A stretch of DNA of 53,755 nt from Candidatus Micrarchaeota archaeon (GTDB lineage Archaea; Micrarchaeota; Micrarchaeia; Micrarchaeales; CABMGC01). Each line of letters begins with the position of its first letter. The stretch's first letter is position 1. This document shows positions 45,348 to 53,755 of this stretch, in pieces. The stretch is taken from assembly GCA_021810375.1 (NCBI GenBank), contig JAJZJB010000001.1:1-53755 (forward strand), written 5' to 3'. A model generated the notes under the pieces. The model searched no databases and was not told the DNA's origin. It was given only the letters and a program-made list of their open reading frames with translations. Both the position numbers and the translations under genes were made by a program.

Positions 45348-46440
45348 TCATCTCCCTCTCGATTGAATCAATTCTGGCAAAGTACCCGCCCCTTGCAAGA
45401 TAAGTGCCAAGCTCGAGGTTTATGCCAATGCTGCTCGGGTCAATGCCGTTCTTCTTTGCTGAATTCATGCTCGCTATCATAGGCCTGAGCATGTTCATCA
45501 ATTCACTGGCATCCTCCCTGTACCTTTCCATAGAGCCCAGTTGGAGTTTCCTCCTATATAATTCTGCAAGTTCCATTTGGGTCTTGTATACTGAAAGAAG
45601 CGCTCCTGCCACCCTCATTGTGCCATCAGGTTCTTCGTAAGCCTTGCGTGCTGCCAATATCTGTTTTCTCATAAATCCGAGGAGCATAATTTCCTGTTCT
45701 GACAAGGCAGGAGGAGCGCGGGGCTTCTGGCTAGTAATAATATCCTTTCTCAGGAGCCGCAGCGGCTCGGTTGGATAGGGTTGCTCCCTTGCGTTTCGCG
45801 TATTAGTAGCGAAAGAACTATCCTGCGCTGAATCAGGCATCCGGATTCCTGGATTCTTGTACGGTGTGGATGTAGCACGGAGGGTGCTTTGTATCTCCTT
45901 ACCCTGCCTTTCCCTTTGCCAGGCAAGTTCCTGCCTGGGAAGACCGTTTGCCTTTATCGCAGCGTATATTGCGCTTTTGCCATTTCCAAGCTCCCTGGCT
46001 ATCTGCGAGACAGGCATGCCCATGCCGCGGAGTGCAGCAAGCCTTGAAGCATCTACCCTCGACGGGACCCCAGAATGTGCCTTGTTCGGATCGATGCCAT
46101 ATCGCTTGTAAGCGCTGCGCACCGATGATCTTGATACGTTATATAAGCTGGCTATCTCTGGCACGGTGAGTCCATCCTCTGTAACTGACTCAAGCTGCTC
46201 CTTGGTTATTTTGGGTACTGGGCCTTTCCTCCGCATGCCCGGAAGCCTGGATCCGGATCCTTCAGTTATCACATTGCGCATTGTGCACGAAGAAGCAGCA
46301 TACAGATTCTTGGCCCGGATAATAGATAAACTTGACAGTGAATCACCAAACGATCTCTCAAGACCAGATTCTCTTCTACTATTTATATTGCTTTTCTTCG
46401 AAAGCAGCAGGATATCAGAAGCTGCCCATCTCGTCTTCAA
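45337..46440 (-). CDS. Hypothetical protein with two HTH motifs and a helical C-terminal domain (cassette gene 2); paralog of 46415..47074; the true start may be internal
   Basis: LTVPEIASLYNVSRSSVRSAYKRYGI and MPVSQIARELGNGKSAIYAAIKANGL. The C-terminal region aligns with the neighbouring ORF (..LAGA.LS....Q.EL...Y...). Confidence 0.55.
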   Translation of the reverse strand: MKTRWAASDILLLSKKSNINSRRESGLERSFGDSLSSLSIIRAKNLYAASSCTMRNVITEGSGSRLPGMRRKGPVPKITKEQLESVTEDGLTVPEIASLYNVSRSSVRSAYKRYGIDPNKAHSGVPSRVDASRLAALRGMGMPVSQIARELGNGKSAIYAAIKANGLPRQELAWQRERQGKEIQSTLRATSTPYKNPGIRMPDSAQDSSFATNTRNAREQPYPTEPLRLLRKDIITSQKPRAPPALSEQEIMLLGFMRKQILAARKAYEEPDGTMRVAGALLSVYKTQMELAELYRRKLQLGSMERYREDASELMNMLRPMIASMNSAKKNGIDPSSIGINLELGTYLARGGYFARIDSIEREMSEG

Positions 46441-47074
46441 GATCCTGAACTTCCTCGGCCCTCCTCTGCACGTAAGTCGTCCTATGCAGCAGGTAATCGG
46501 TTATCTCACGGGAAGGTCTGACTGCAGCAGGATCCCTTCCGAGCATCTTCGAGAGCCGCATCTCTTCAAGCATGGGATTAACAAGCATGAGCACGTTCTT
46601 CCTGAGTTCCTGAACCTCTGCTGCCCTGGAATATTCATGTATCTTGAAGTATATGTTCCCAAGTTCCTTCTGGTCCTCTGCAATTGAGAGCATGGCACCG
46701 GCAAGTTTTATGGCGTTCTTGGCCTCGAGCGCATTTGTCGCTTCCTCAAATTGCCTTGAAACATGACCTAGCAGGGACCTCTTCCTCGACTCTGCCGATA
46801 TTCCAGGATCTTCTTCGCGCTTGAGGAGCTTCCAGCTTTGAGGAAGATCAATTGTCTGTCGGGTTGGGCGACGCGTCAGTGACCCTGTGCCATTGTTGTC
46901 TGGCGCCTTTGATAGCCTCTCTTTCGTATGGGTTGATTGTGCTGTTTCTGTGGCGTGGGTCTTCCGTTCGGATTCTTGCCTTTTTATGCCATATCTCTTG
47001 CATGCACCGTATACGCTTGACTTGGCAACGCCGAGGGTTTCCGCAATCTCGCGCACAGATATTCCAGTATCCAA
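46415..47074 (-). CDS. Hypothetical HTH protein (cassette gene 1). The coding signal extends upstream to 47233 without a canonical start
   Basis: ISVREIAETLGVAKSSVYGACKRYGI. The 53 codons upstream are open and align with the paralog (RPRGSTRRKIDPQSLQELL versus RRKGPVPKITKEQLESV). Confidence 0.5.
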   Translation of the reverse strand: MDTGISVREIAETLGVAKSSVYGACKRYGIKRQESERKTHATETAQSTHTKERLSKAPDNNGTGSLTRRPTRQTIDLPQSWKLLKREEDPGISAESRKRSLLGHVSRQFEEATNALEAKNAIKLAGAMLSIAEDQKELGNIYFKIHEYSRAAEVQELRKNVLMLVNPMLEEMRLSKMLGRDPAAVRPSREITDYLLHRTTYVQRRAEEVQDLEDEMGSF

Positions 47075-47233
47075 GAGTTCCTGAAGCGACTGCGGGTCTA
47101 TCTTCCTGCGTGTGGATCCGCGTGGACGAGTCTCAGCAACAGTGACCGCCTTGCCAACAAATGCAATAGTACCTCCCAGAGTATCACCGAATGCGTGTTT
47201 AGAGTATAATAGCCATATTGCTTCCGTGGAGAC

Positions 47234-48481
47234 TCATTCTTTGATCCTGAGGACTTTCCTTACCTTTGATATGGCATCTACGGCCCTGTCTACTTCCTCT
47301 TCCATGTTATATAGGTAGAAACTCATCCGCGCAACAGAGGTCTCGTCAAGGACCTGATTGACAAGAGGCATTGCGCAATGATGGCCTGCCCTTATTGCTA
47401 TGCCCTCGCTGTCGAATATTGTTGCCACGTCATGTGGGTGCGCTCCGGCTATATTGAATGAGACTACCCCTCCGCGCTTATCTGCATCCCTGACTCCCGG
47501 GCCGTATACCTTGACCCCTTTGACCTCCTCCAGGCGCTTCAGGGCATATCTTGCAATTTTCATCTCATGCTCGCGGATCCTCCGCATGCCTATCCTTTCA
47601 AGATACTCTATTGCCGCAGCGAGTCCCACTCCGCCTTCCATGTTTGGGGTGCCGGATTCAAATTTCCATGGGAGCTCGTTCCAGTCAGCAGAATCAAATG
47701 TAACGCTCCGTATCATGTCGCTGCCGACTATTGCAGGGGTGATTGACTCAAGGAGCTGGTCCTTTCCGTAGAGCACCCCGACCCCGGCAGGGCCCAGCAT
47801 CTTATGGCTCGAGAATGCAAGGAAATCGCAGTCTATGTCCTTTACATCGACGGGCATGTGAGGCACTGACTGCGCTGCGTCTATCAAAACCAGTGCGCCA
47901 GCCTTGTGCGCAAGCCTTGCCATCTCCTTGGCATTGTTTATGGTGCCGAGCACATTCGATGCGTGCGTTATCGCAACCATCTTTGGCCCGTGCTCCAGCT
48001 TCTCCTTGAAGTCGTCCATGTCGACGAATGACTTGTCCTTGAGCCTCGCATGCTCCAATATTGCCTTCTTCCTCTTTGCAAGCATGAGCCACGGAACTAT
48101 GTTGCTGTGGTGCTCCATGTCAGTTATCAGTATGCGGTCCCCCTTTCCAATGTTAGGCTCGCCCCATGACAGCGCAACTATGTTTATCGCGTCGGTAGTA
48201 TTCCTGCAATAGATTATGTCGCGGTATGATTCCGCGTTTATCAGTTTTGCAGAGAGCTCCTTGGAGCGCTGGTACTCTTCGGTAGATTTCATTGACAATT
48301 CGTAAAGGCCGCGATGTATGTTGGCATTGAACGTCTTGTAGTATTCGCTTACCCTGTTTATCACATAGAGGGGCTTCTGCGACGTGGCAGCGCTGTCCAG
48401 GTATACCAGTGGCTTTCCATGGTTTGTGGTGGAAAGTATGGGAAAGTCCTTCCTTATATCGGTTACATCAAGGTCAGCCAA
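47234..48481 (-). CDS. sufS: Cysteine desulfurase SufS (class V aminotransferase)
   Basis: YLDSAATSQKP, SSHKMLGPAGVGVLYG (PLP Lys) and RAGHHCA (active-site Cys loop). Confidence 0.95.
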   Translation of the reverse strand: MADLDVTDIRKDFPILSTTNHGKPLVYLDSAATSQKPLYVINRVSEYYKTFNANIHRGLYELSMKSTEEYQRSKELSAKLINAESYRDIIYCRNTTDAINIVALSWGEPNIGKGDRILITDMEHHSNIVPWLMLAKRKKAILEHARLKDKSFVDMDDFKEKLEHGPKMVAITHASNVLGTINNAKEMARLAHKAGALVLIDAAQSVPHMPVDVKDIDCDFLAFSSHKMLGPAGVGVLYGKDQLLESITPAIVGSDMIRSVTFDSADWNELPWKFESGTPNMEGGVGLAAAIEYLERIGMRRIREHEMKIARYALKRLEEVKGVKVYGPGVRDADKRGGVVSFNIAGAHPHDVATIFDSEGIAIRAGHHCAMPLVNQVLDETSVARMSFYLYNMEEEVDRAVDAISKVRKVLRIKE

Positions 48482-48485
48482 GCGA

Positions 48486-49211
48486 TCACTTTGCTTCGTA
48501 TCCTTCCTTCTCTATCGTCTCTATGAGTTCCTTGCCGCCTTCCCGGATTATCTTGCCATCGTGCATCACGTGTATGAACTGCGGTGACATATAATTCAGT
48601 ATCCTGCTGTAGTGGGTTATGACAAGAAGGCCGTTATTAGTTTTCTTCTGCTGCTCGATTATGCTCTGGGCCACTAGCCTGACCGCATCTACGTCAAGTC
48701 CGGAGTCGGGCTCATCGAGTATTGCAAGCCTGGGCTTCAGCACAGACATCTGCAGTATCTCGGTCTTCTTTTTCTCCCCGCCGGAGAAGCCGTAATTTAG
48801 CGACCTTCCGATAAGGTCTTCCTTGATCTTCAGCTTTGTTGATGTATCCTTGACCTCGGTCATGAAATCCTTGAACGACTGGGAAGTGCCAGACGCTCCT
48901 CTTGCCGTGTTCAGGAAATTCATCAGTCCCAGGCCCTCTATCTCTGTAGGGTTCTGGAATTGCAGGAATATGCCTTTCTTGGAGCGCTCGTTAGGCTTCA
49001 GGTCCTTTATGCTCTCTCCGTCGAGCAGTATGTCTCCATGGGTTATCTTGAGCTGCGGATGCCCCATTATGGCCTTTGCAAGAGTCGTCTTTCCGGACCC
49101 ATTCGGCCCCATAAGCACATGCTGCTCATTATCCCTTATGGTCAGCGTGACTCCCTTCACTATTTCCTTCCCTTCAGCTTCTACATGCAGGTCTTTTATT
49201 TCCAATAACAT
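48486..49211 (-). CDS. sufC: Fe-S cluster assembly ATPase SufC
   Basis: GPNGSGKTT, FSGGEKKK, ILDEPDSGLD and ITHY. Confidence 0.95.
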   Translation of the reverse strand: MLLEIKDLHVEAEGKEIVKGVTLTIRDNEQHVLMGPNGSGKTTLAKAIMGHPQLKITHGDILLDGESIKDLKPNERSKKGIFLQFQNPTEIEGLGLMNFLNTARGASGTSQSFKDFMTEVKDTSTKLKIKEDLIGRSLNYGFSGGEKKKTEILQMSVLKPRLAILDEPDSGLDVDAVRLVAQSIIEQQKKTNNGLLVITHYSRILNYMSPQFIHVMHDGKIIREGGKELIETIEKEGYEAK

Positions 49212-49215
49212 ATTC

Positions 49216-50454
49216 TCACCTTGTTGGCCTCGCCACCATCCAGATATTCCTTGGCGTTATCTCTGAGAGTGTGCCGAATGCCTTCTTGTCAAGCTTGTCA
49301 AGCATTATAGACATCGCTATCTCCCTTGCCGATGGACTTGATATCTTTGATATGTATTTTGAGATGAATGCTGAGATAAATAGCTTTCTCGCCTGGGATT
49401 CCTCTATTCCCCTCGAAGTCAGGTAGAATAGCGCATCCTGATCGATAGGCGTTGTTGATGCCGAATGGGATGCCTTGACTTCGTTGCTGTAGTCTATTGA
49501 TAGATCCGGCAGTGCGTCCATGTGCGCATCCTTGCTCATCAGTATGCCTTTCTCAACTATTGTTGAAATTGATCCCCGTGTCTTGTCGGCGACCTTCGCG
49601 AAGCCCTTTAGCATGCACTTTGAGAGATCATCAAGGATGACGCCTGACTCGAGAGAGACAGAGCTATACGGGGTGGAATTTATTATTGCAGTGTCTATAT
49701 CGAATTGCTGTGATGAGATGCCAAAGGCGAGCTCTGTGACCTCTATCCTGCTTGCCTGGCCTTTTGCATTGAGTATCGACCTGGCTTTTGTAGCATTGCT
49801 TCCGCAATATACAGAGTTGAGGTAAAGCTTCGCCTTCTCCTCGGTGCCGCCCTTGCATAGGCTTACAACGGAGGTTTTCTCATTCTCATTATGGAATGCG
49901 TTGATTTCCATTACGGAATTCTCCGCGCATTCTACCTCGTGGAGCACTGAGATTGTTGCACTCTCGGCTGCGCTTGAGAAATAGAATTCTGATACTTCCG
50001 CCTTTGCCGACTCTCCGTTCTTTACGAACACTTCTGTGGAAAGGTGGCCGGTGGTTGCAAACAATATATTCAATGTTGATTTTGCATCCTTCGCCGTATT
50101 TATCTTTATAAAATATTTTGCTTTTGAGTTTATGTATGCGGCAAGCTTATCCTCGCTGCTCTTGAAGCTCTTGTTCTCAAGCGTGCCCTCGTCCGCATCC
50201 TCTGCCTTTGTTACCTGCACGCTAGGATTAGAGCTCCTTGCAAACGAATTTGTCACCACGACATCGAACTTTATTCTTGTCTTTTCGGATATCTGGCTTA
50301 TCATCTTATCTAAGTCTGCGTCCGCATTGCTGCCGCAATTTAGGTTGTCAGGCAGGGCTATAGCCAAGCTATACTTCTTGTACAGTGCATTCGTCTCTAT
50401 CGGCAGAGACTTATAGTACTGCATGGCTTCCTTTACGAATTCCGAATAAGGCAT
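49216..50454 (-). CDS. sufD: Fe-S cluster assembly protein SufD
   Basis: SufB/D beta-helix region and the C-terminus ALFYLTSRGIEESQARKLFISAF. The start is set at the ATG at 50454. Confidence 0.85.
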   Translation of the reverse strand: MPYSEFVKEAMQYYKSLPIETNALYKKYSLAIALPDNLNCGSNADADLDKMISQISEKTRIKFDVVVTNSFARSSNPSVQVTKAEDADEGTLENKSFKSSEDKLAAYINSKAKYFIKINTAKDAKSTLNILFATTGHLSTEVFVKNGESAKAEVSEFYFSSAAESATISVLHEVECAENSVMEINAFHNENEKTSVVSLCKGGTEEKAKLYLNSVYCGSNATKARSILNAKGQASRIEVTELAFGISSQQFDIDTAIINSTPYSSVSLESGVILDDLSKCMLKGFAKVADKTRGSISTIVEKGILMSKDAHMDALPDLSIDYSNEVKASHSASTTPIDQDALFYLTSRGIEESQARKLFISAFISKYISKISSPSAREIAMSIMLDKLDKKAFGTLSEITPRNIWMVARPTR

Positions 50455-50470
50455 AAAGATCACGCTGCAA

Positions 50471-53053
50471 TCAGCCGATTCCCTTGCTTGTATCAAGCTT
50501 TATGAGCCTCTTAAGCTCTAGCGAGTACTCGAGAGGCAGCACCTTGGTAAGGTCGTCTATAAATCCGAGGACTATCATTGCTACGGCATCGTCCTCGGAT
50601 ATTCCCCTTGACATTAAGTAGAATATATCATCGTCACTTATCTTTCCAACCTTTGCCTCATGGCTTATCACTGCGTCACTCCTGTTGATCTGATTGTATG
50701 GATATGTATTGGTTTTTGCTTTGTCGTCAAGCAGAAGCGCATCGCATGAAACGTGGGCCTTTGCATTTGCAGCATTCTTTGCAACGTGCATTAGTCCCCT
50801 GAAGGAGGTGACCCCGGTTCCCTTGGAGACGCTCTTCGAGATTATCTTTGAAGTAGTATTTGATGCAAGGTGATAGATCTTCCCGCCAGAATCCTGTATC
50901 TGCCCGTCCCCTGCAATTGCTATTGAGAGCACTTCCCCGCTTGCGCGCTCCCCCATCAGGTAGATTGACGGGTACTTCATGTTGACCTTGCTGCCTATGT
51001 TTGCGTCTATCCACTCTACGCGCGCATCTTTTGAGGCATGGGCACGCTGCGTTACAAGATTGTAGATATTCTTTGACCAGTTCTGGATTGTAACATATCG
51101 TATGTGTGCGCCTTCCAGCGCAACAAGTTCGACGACAGCGGCATGCAGGGAGTCTTTCTTGTATATAGGCGCAGTGCAGTTGTGTACAGCTACACCTTCC
51201 GCAACATAACTTTCGTCTTCCTCAACGCTAAAGTTGTATACAGGAACATCTTTAACATCAGTGGTTTCTATGCTTTTGATAGGTACAAAAGCATAGTTAC
51301 CTATTATTCTCGAATATGAGGTTAATTGCTTTTCGCCAAGCATGTTTAGAAGTTGTAAAGACTGCATGTAGGATTCGCCCACCTTTACAACAGTTTGAAA
51401 TTCTACGAGTTGTGCGAAGGTTCTTAGATACCGGCCGCCAACATATACAGTAAACATAGTGTGTCTCTTTCCAGTTCTTTTTGCCATGTTGATTGATCCA
51501 AAGATATTCAATCTAAGTAGTATATCACGCAGTTGCTTTGCAAGTTTTTGAGAGATGGTATTCATTCTAAACATTCTCTTACTGCCCCAACTGTATTGAG
51601 TATACATGAAGCTTCCATCGCCCCTCCAAAAGCCTTTGATCAATTCGGATTGCTTCCTTTCTGCCTCTTTCATCACCCAATTTGGAATGTGTTTATTTAG
51701 TGCTCCCTTCCCAAATTGCTCTGTAAAGAATTTTGCAACTACAGTAGAACAGAGTATAATAGAGACTCCGTTTTTGTATTCCTTCTGTACTATAGGCTTC
51801 TTGTTGAAGTACTTTTCTATGAGAGAAACAGTATCTTGTATGTAAGCAGTTTCATTTTTATTGAATGTAAAATTAACATAATGTCCGCCAGATATGCTCC
51901 CCTCAGACAAGTAGTATCCGACTAATCTGAAGAAATCAGAATCTGTAGATATGTTTAGTTTTGTAGTATAACTACCCCATCTTCTCTGCATTGGTATCTC
52001 GAACACCATTACTTCTTCGGAATTGACCGTTCTGTCTATGGGTATTGCTAAATAATCGTGAGGATGAAGTTCTTTTGCAGGTATCCACTCGGTAGTCCAG
52101 TTAGTGTTTGTATATTCGGTCGTTGTTCGTCTAACTGCAACAAACGGATGTTCTTCAGTAACATTTATTTCTGTCGATGCATCCCCAAAATACTTTATTC
52201 TGTATAACTTTCCAGAATAGGGTCTCTTTTGAACGTGATAAACTTTCCTGTGTCTTGCATTATGCGTTAGGACCTGATCATTTACTTTTATATCTTCTAT
52301 GCTTTTTTCTCCGCTATCAGTAATTACCTTGGCGCCAGCAGTAAAGCAACCCTCGAGATAGGTTACATCTGCACCCTCGTCTGCAATGATAAGCGTTCTC
52401 TCGAATTGGCCAGCGTTCATTGCATTGATCCTGAAATATGCGTTGAGCGGCATCGGTACCTTCACCCCCTTTGGCACATAGATGAAACTGCCTCCTGACC
52501 AGACTGCGGTGTTCAGCGCCGCGAACTTGTTGTCCGTAGGCGGTATTATTGTCCCCCAGTACTTCTTGAATAGTTCAGGGTACTTCTTTATTGCGGTGTC
52601 TGTGTCAGTGAATATTATTCCGAGCCTGTTGAGCTCCTCATTCACGTGCGAGTATACGACTCCGCTGTCGAACTGCGCCTCTGCGCCCGAGAAGAACTTC
52701 CTCTCTGCCTCGGGGACTCCAAGCTTGTCGAACGTGTCCTTGATCTCCTTCGGGACGTCCTCCCACTTGTTTGATTCCTTCATCTTAGGCATAAGGTAGT
52801 AGTAGTATTCTGCGAAGTCGATCGCGTTTAGGTCCGCGCCCCAGTTCGGCATGGGCTTGCTCTCGAAGACCCTGAATCCGGTGAGTCTCTTCTCAAGCAT
52901 CCAGTCCGGCTCGCCCTTGAGCTTTGAGATCTTTCTGACTATGTCTTCCGAGAGCCCTCTTGGAAAACTCTCGTAGTCCACAGTCTTGCTGAACCCGTAC
53001 TTCTCCGCGTATTCGGTGCGGTCTACAACTTCTTCCAATCCTTCGTTTACCAT
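50471..53053 (-). CDS. sufB: Fe-S cluster assembly protein SufB containing a 390-aa intein
   Basis: Extein blocks ..FERTLIIADEGADVTYLEG | CTAPIYKKDSLHAAVVELV.., with the C-terminus FYLMSRGISEDDAVAMIVLGF. The exteins total about 470 aa. Confidence 0.95.
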   Translation of the reverse strand: MVNEGLEEVVDRTEYAEKYGFSKTVDYESFPRGLSEDIVRKISKLKGEPDWMLEKRLTGFRVFESKPMPNWGADLNAIDFAEYYYYLMPKMKESNKWEDVPKEIKDTFDKLGVPEAERKFFSGAEAQFDSGVVYSHVNEELNRLGIIFTDTDTAIKKYPELFKKYWGTIIPPTDNKFAALNTAVWSGGSFIYVPKGVKVPMPLNAYFRINAMNAGQFERTLIIADEGADVTYLEGCFTAGAKVITDSGEKSIEDIKVNDQVLTHNARHRKVYHVQKRPYSGKLYRIKYFGDASTEINVTEEHPFVAVRRTTTEYTNTNWTTEWIPAKELHPHDYLAIPIDRTVNSEEVMVFEIPMQRRWGSYTTKLNISTDSDFFRLVGYYLSEGSISGGHYVNFTFNKNETAYIQDTVSLIEKYFNKKPIVQKEYKNGVSIILCSTVVAKFFTEQFGKGALNKHIPNWVMKEAERKQSELIKGFWRGDGSFMYTQYSWGSKRMFRMNTISQKLAKQLRDILLRLNIFGSINMAKRTGKRHTMFTVYVGGRYLRTFAQLVEFQTVVKVGESYMQSLQLLNMLGEKQLTSYSRIIGNYAFVPIKSIETTDVKDVPVYNFSVEEDESYVAEGVAVHNCTAPIYKKDSLHAAVVELVALEGAHIRYVTIQNWSKNIYNLVTQRAHASKDARVEWIDANIGSKVNMKYPSIYLMGERASGEVLSIAIAGDGQIQDSGGKIYHLASNTTSKIISKSVSKGTGVTSFRGLMHVAKNAANAKAHVSCDALLLDDKAKTNTYPYNQINRSDAVISHEAKVGKISDDDIFYLMSRGISEDDAVAMIVLGFIDDLTKVLPLEYSLELKRLIKLDTSKGIG
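51179..52348 (-). other. SufB intein with a LAGLIDADG homing-endonuclease domain
   Basis: It starts CFTAGAKVITD (Cys1) and ends VAVHN followed by +1 Cys (CTAP). LAGLIDADG blocks are LVGYYLSEGSI and IKGFWRGDGSF. Confidence 0.9.
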
Positions 53054-53058
53054 TTAAA

Positions 53059-53388
53059 TCACTCAATCTCCGCGCTGGAGAACTTGCAGTCAAATGCGTT
53101 CTCCTTCTTGCAGACAGTACATATGGCGGAGTTTGCATACTTCTTTTCCCCGCCTGCAAGCAGGCTGATCTTGCCTGCTATCCACTCCCTGCTTATCCTG
53201 CTTTCCATGTCCTTGATCCTGTCAGAGTACTTCCCGGAGAGGTACTTGCTGACCGCGGCCTGGGCTATGCCCAGCCTTGCCGCTATCTCCTGCTCCGTGA
53301 GGTGATATCTTTCCTTGAGCTCCTTGGCTATTACCGACCTTGCAGCAGGTATTATCAGTTTCGATGCTCGAGTGTAACCGTTTATCAT
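53059..53388 (-). CDS. HTH (XRE-like, COG2522-type) transcriptional regulator with a C-terminal Cys cluster, leading the suf operon
   Basis: LTEQEIAARLGIAQAAVSKYLSGK and the C-terminus CTVCKKENAFDC. It ends 6 nt upstream of the sufB start. Confidence 0.6.
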   Translation of the reverse strand: MINGYTRASKLIIPAARSVIAKELKERYHLTEQEIAARLGIAQAAVSKYLSGKYSDRIKDMESRISREWIAGKISLLAGGEKKYANSAICTVCKKENAFDCKFSSAEIE

Positions 53389-53475
53389 GACTTTCTCCTT
53401 CTTATAACTCAGTTATAATATAGGCCATGAACTGTTTTATATACCTTCGTGGAAGGCAGATATACCATTACTGGC

Positions 53476-53755
53476 TTAGAGGGATGTGGCAGTTAGGGGC
53501 TGTAATGCGCGTTTTCTATCCTTCCCGGGTATTAGAGGTATGAATAGGGCTGACGCTACCCCGAATATCAGCATGGCCCACATTGTTTCGGTGAGGCTCA
53601 CTCCAAGGTAGAGCAGGAGTGACATGATGGCTATGCCTGCCGCGCCTCCCAGTGTGTTGCCTATGCCCCACACCATGCCGTGTGCCGTTGTTGCAATGTC
53701 TTTTGGCACTATCTGGTTAACGTAGCCGAGCAGCACAGGGAATCCGGTAAACGAG
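53476..53755 (-). CDS. Transporter C-terminal fragment (MFS-like); the gene continues beyond the window
   Basis: Hydrophobic TM segments (GIGNTLGGAAGIAIMSLLLYLG, MWAMLIFGVASALFIPLIPG). The frame is open to the window edge. Confidence 0.5.
   Translation of the reverse strand, partial: SFTGFPVLLGYVNQIVPKDIATTAHGMVWGIGNTLGGAAGIAIMSLLLYLGVSLTETMWAMLIFGVASALFIPLIPGKDRKRALQPLTATSL

Overview
This is an archaeal chromosomal segment with about 65 genes. Markers include the rpl3-rpl4-rpl23-rpl2-rps19-rpl22-rps3-rpl29-SUI1 cluster, aIF5A, S24e/S27ae, L15e, fibrillarin, PriS, ATP-dependent DNA ligase, Hel308, RtcB, Rpp21, SepF and two FtsZ genes. The QSAMEYLxTYGWALLII pilin-type N-termini, a tRNA with a T-loop BHB intron and the broken ribosomal operon suggest a DPANN/Micrarchaeota-like or Thermoplasmata-like lineage. 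That lineage call is inference only. Housekeeping blocks are interleaved with accessory DNA. The left 8 kb holds a stop-interrupted COG1373 ATPase, Lrp-like regulators, a tightly packed kinase/methyltransferase/Nudix/ITPase cluster split by an IS transposase, and an MNT-HEPN pair. The strongest candidates for undescribed biology are three. First, a 1405-aa pilin-headed surface protein (21043..25260) built from four ~285-aa Cys/Ser/Thr-rich repeats of unrecognised fold, bracketed by ~45-60 nt direct repeats that duplicate the rpl15e upstream region. Second, a translationally coupled five-gene cassette of unknown HTH/Zn-ribbon proteins (44314..47233) directly after the suf operon, whose first ORF is in frame with the sufS TGA and lacks a canonical start. 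Third, tRNA-Leu(CAA) with a 15-nt bulge-helix-bulge intron in the T-loop, next to rtcB. Also present are a LAGLIDADG intein in SufB, a decayed Gly/Asn-rich frame after a small pilin gene, and a motif-rich 500-bp intergenic region. No rRNA and no CRISPR array were seen. All calls rest on reading the translations and sequence by eye; no database search was run.
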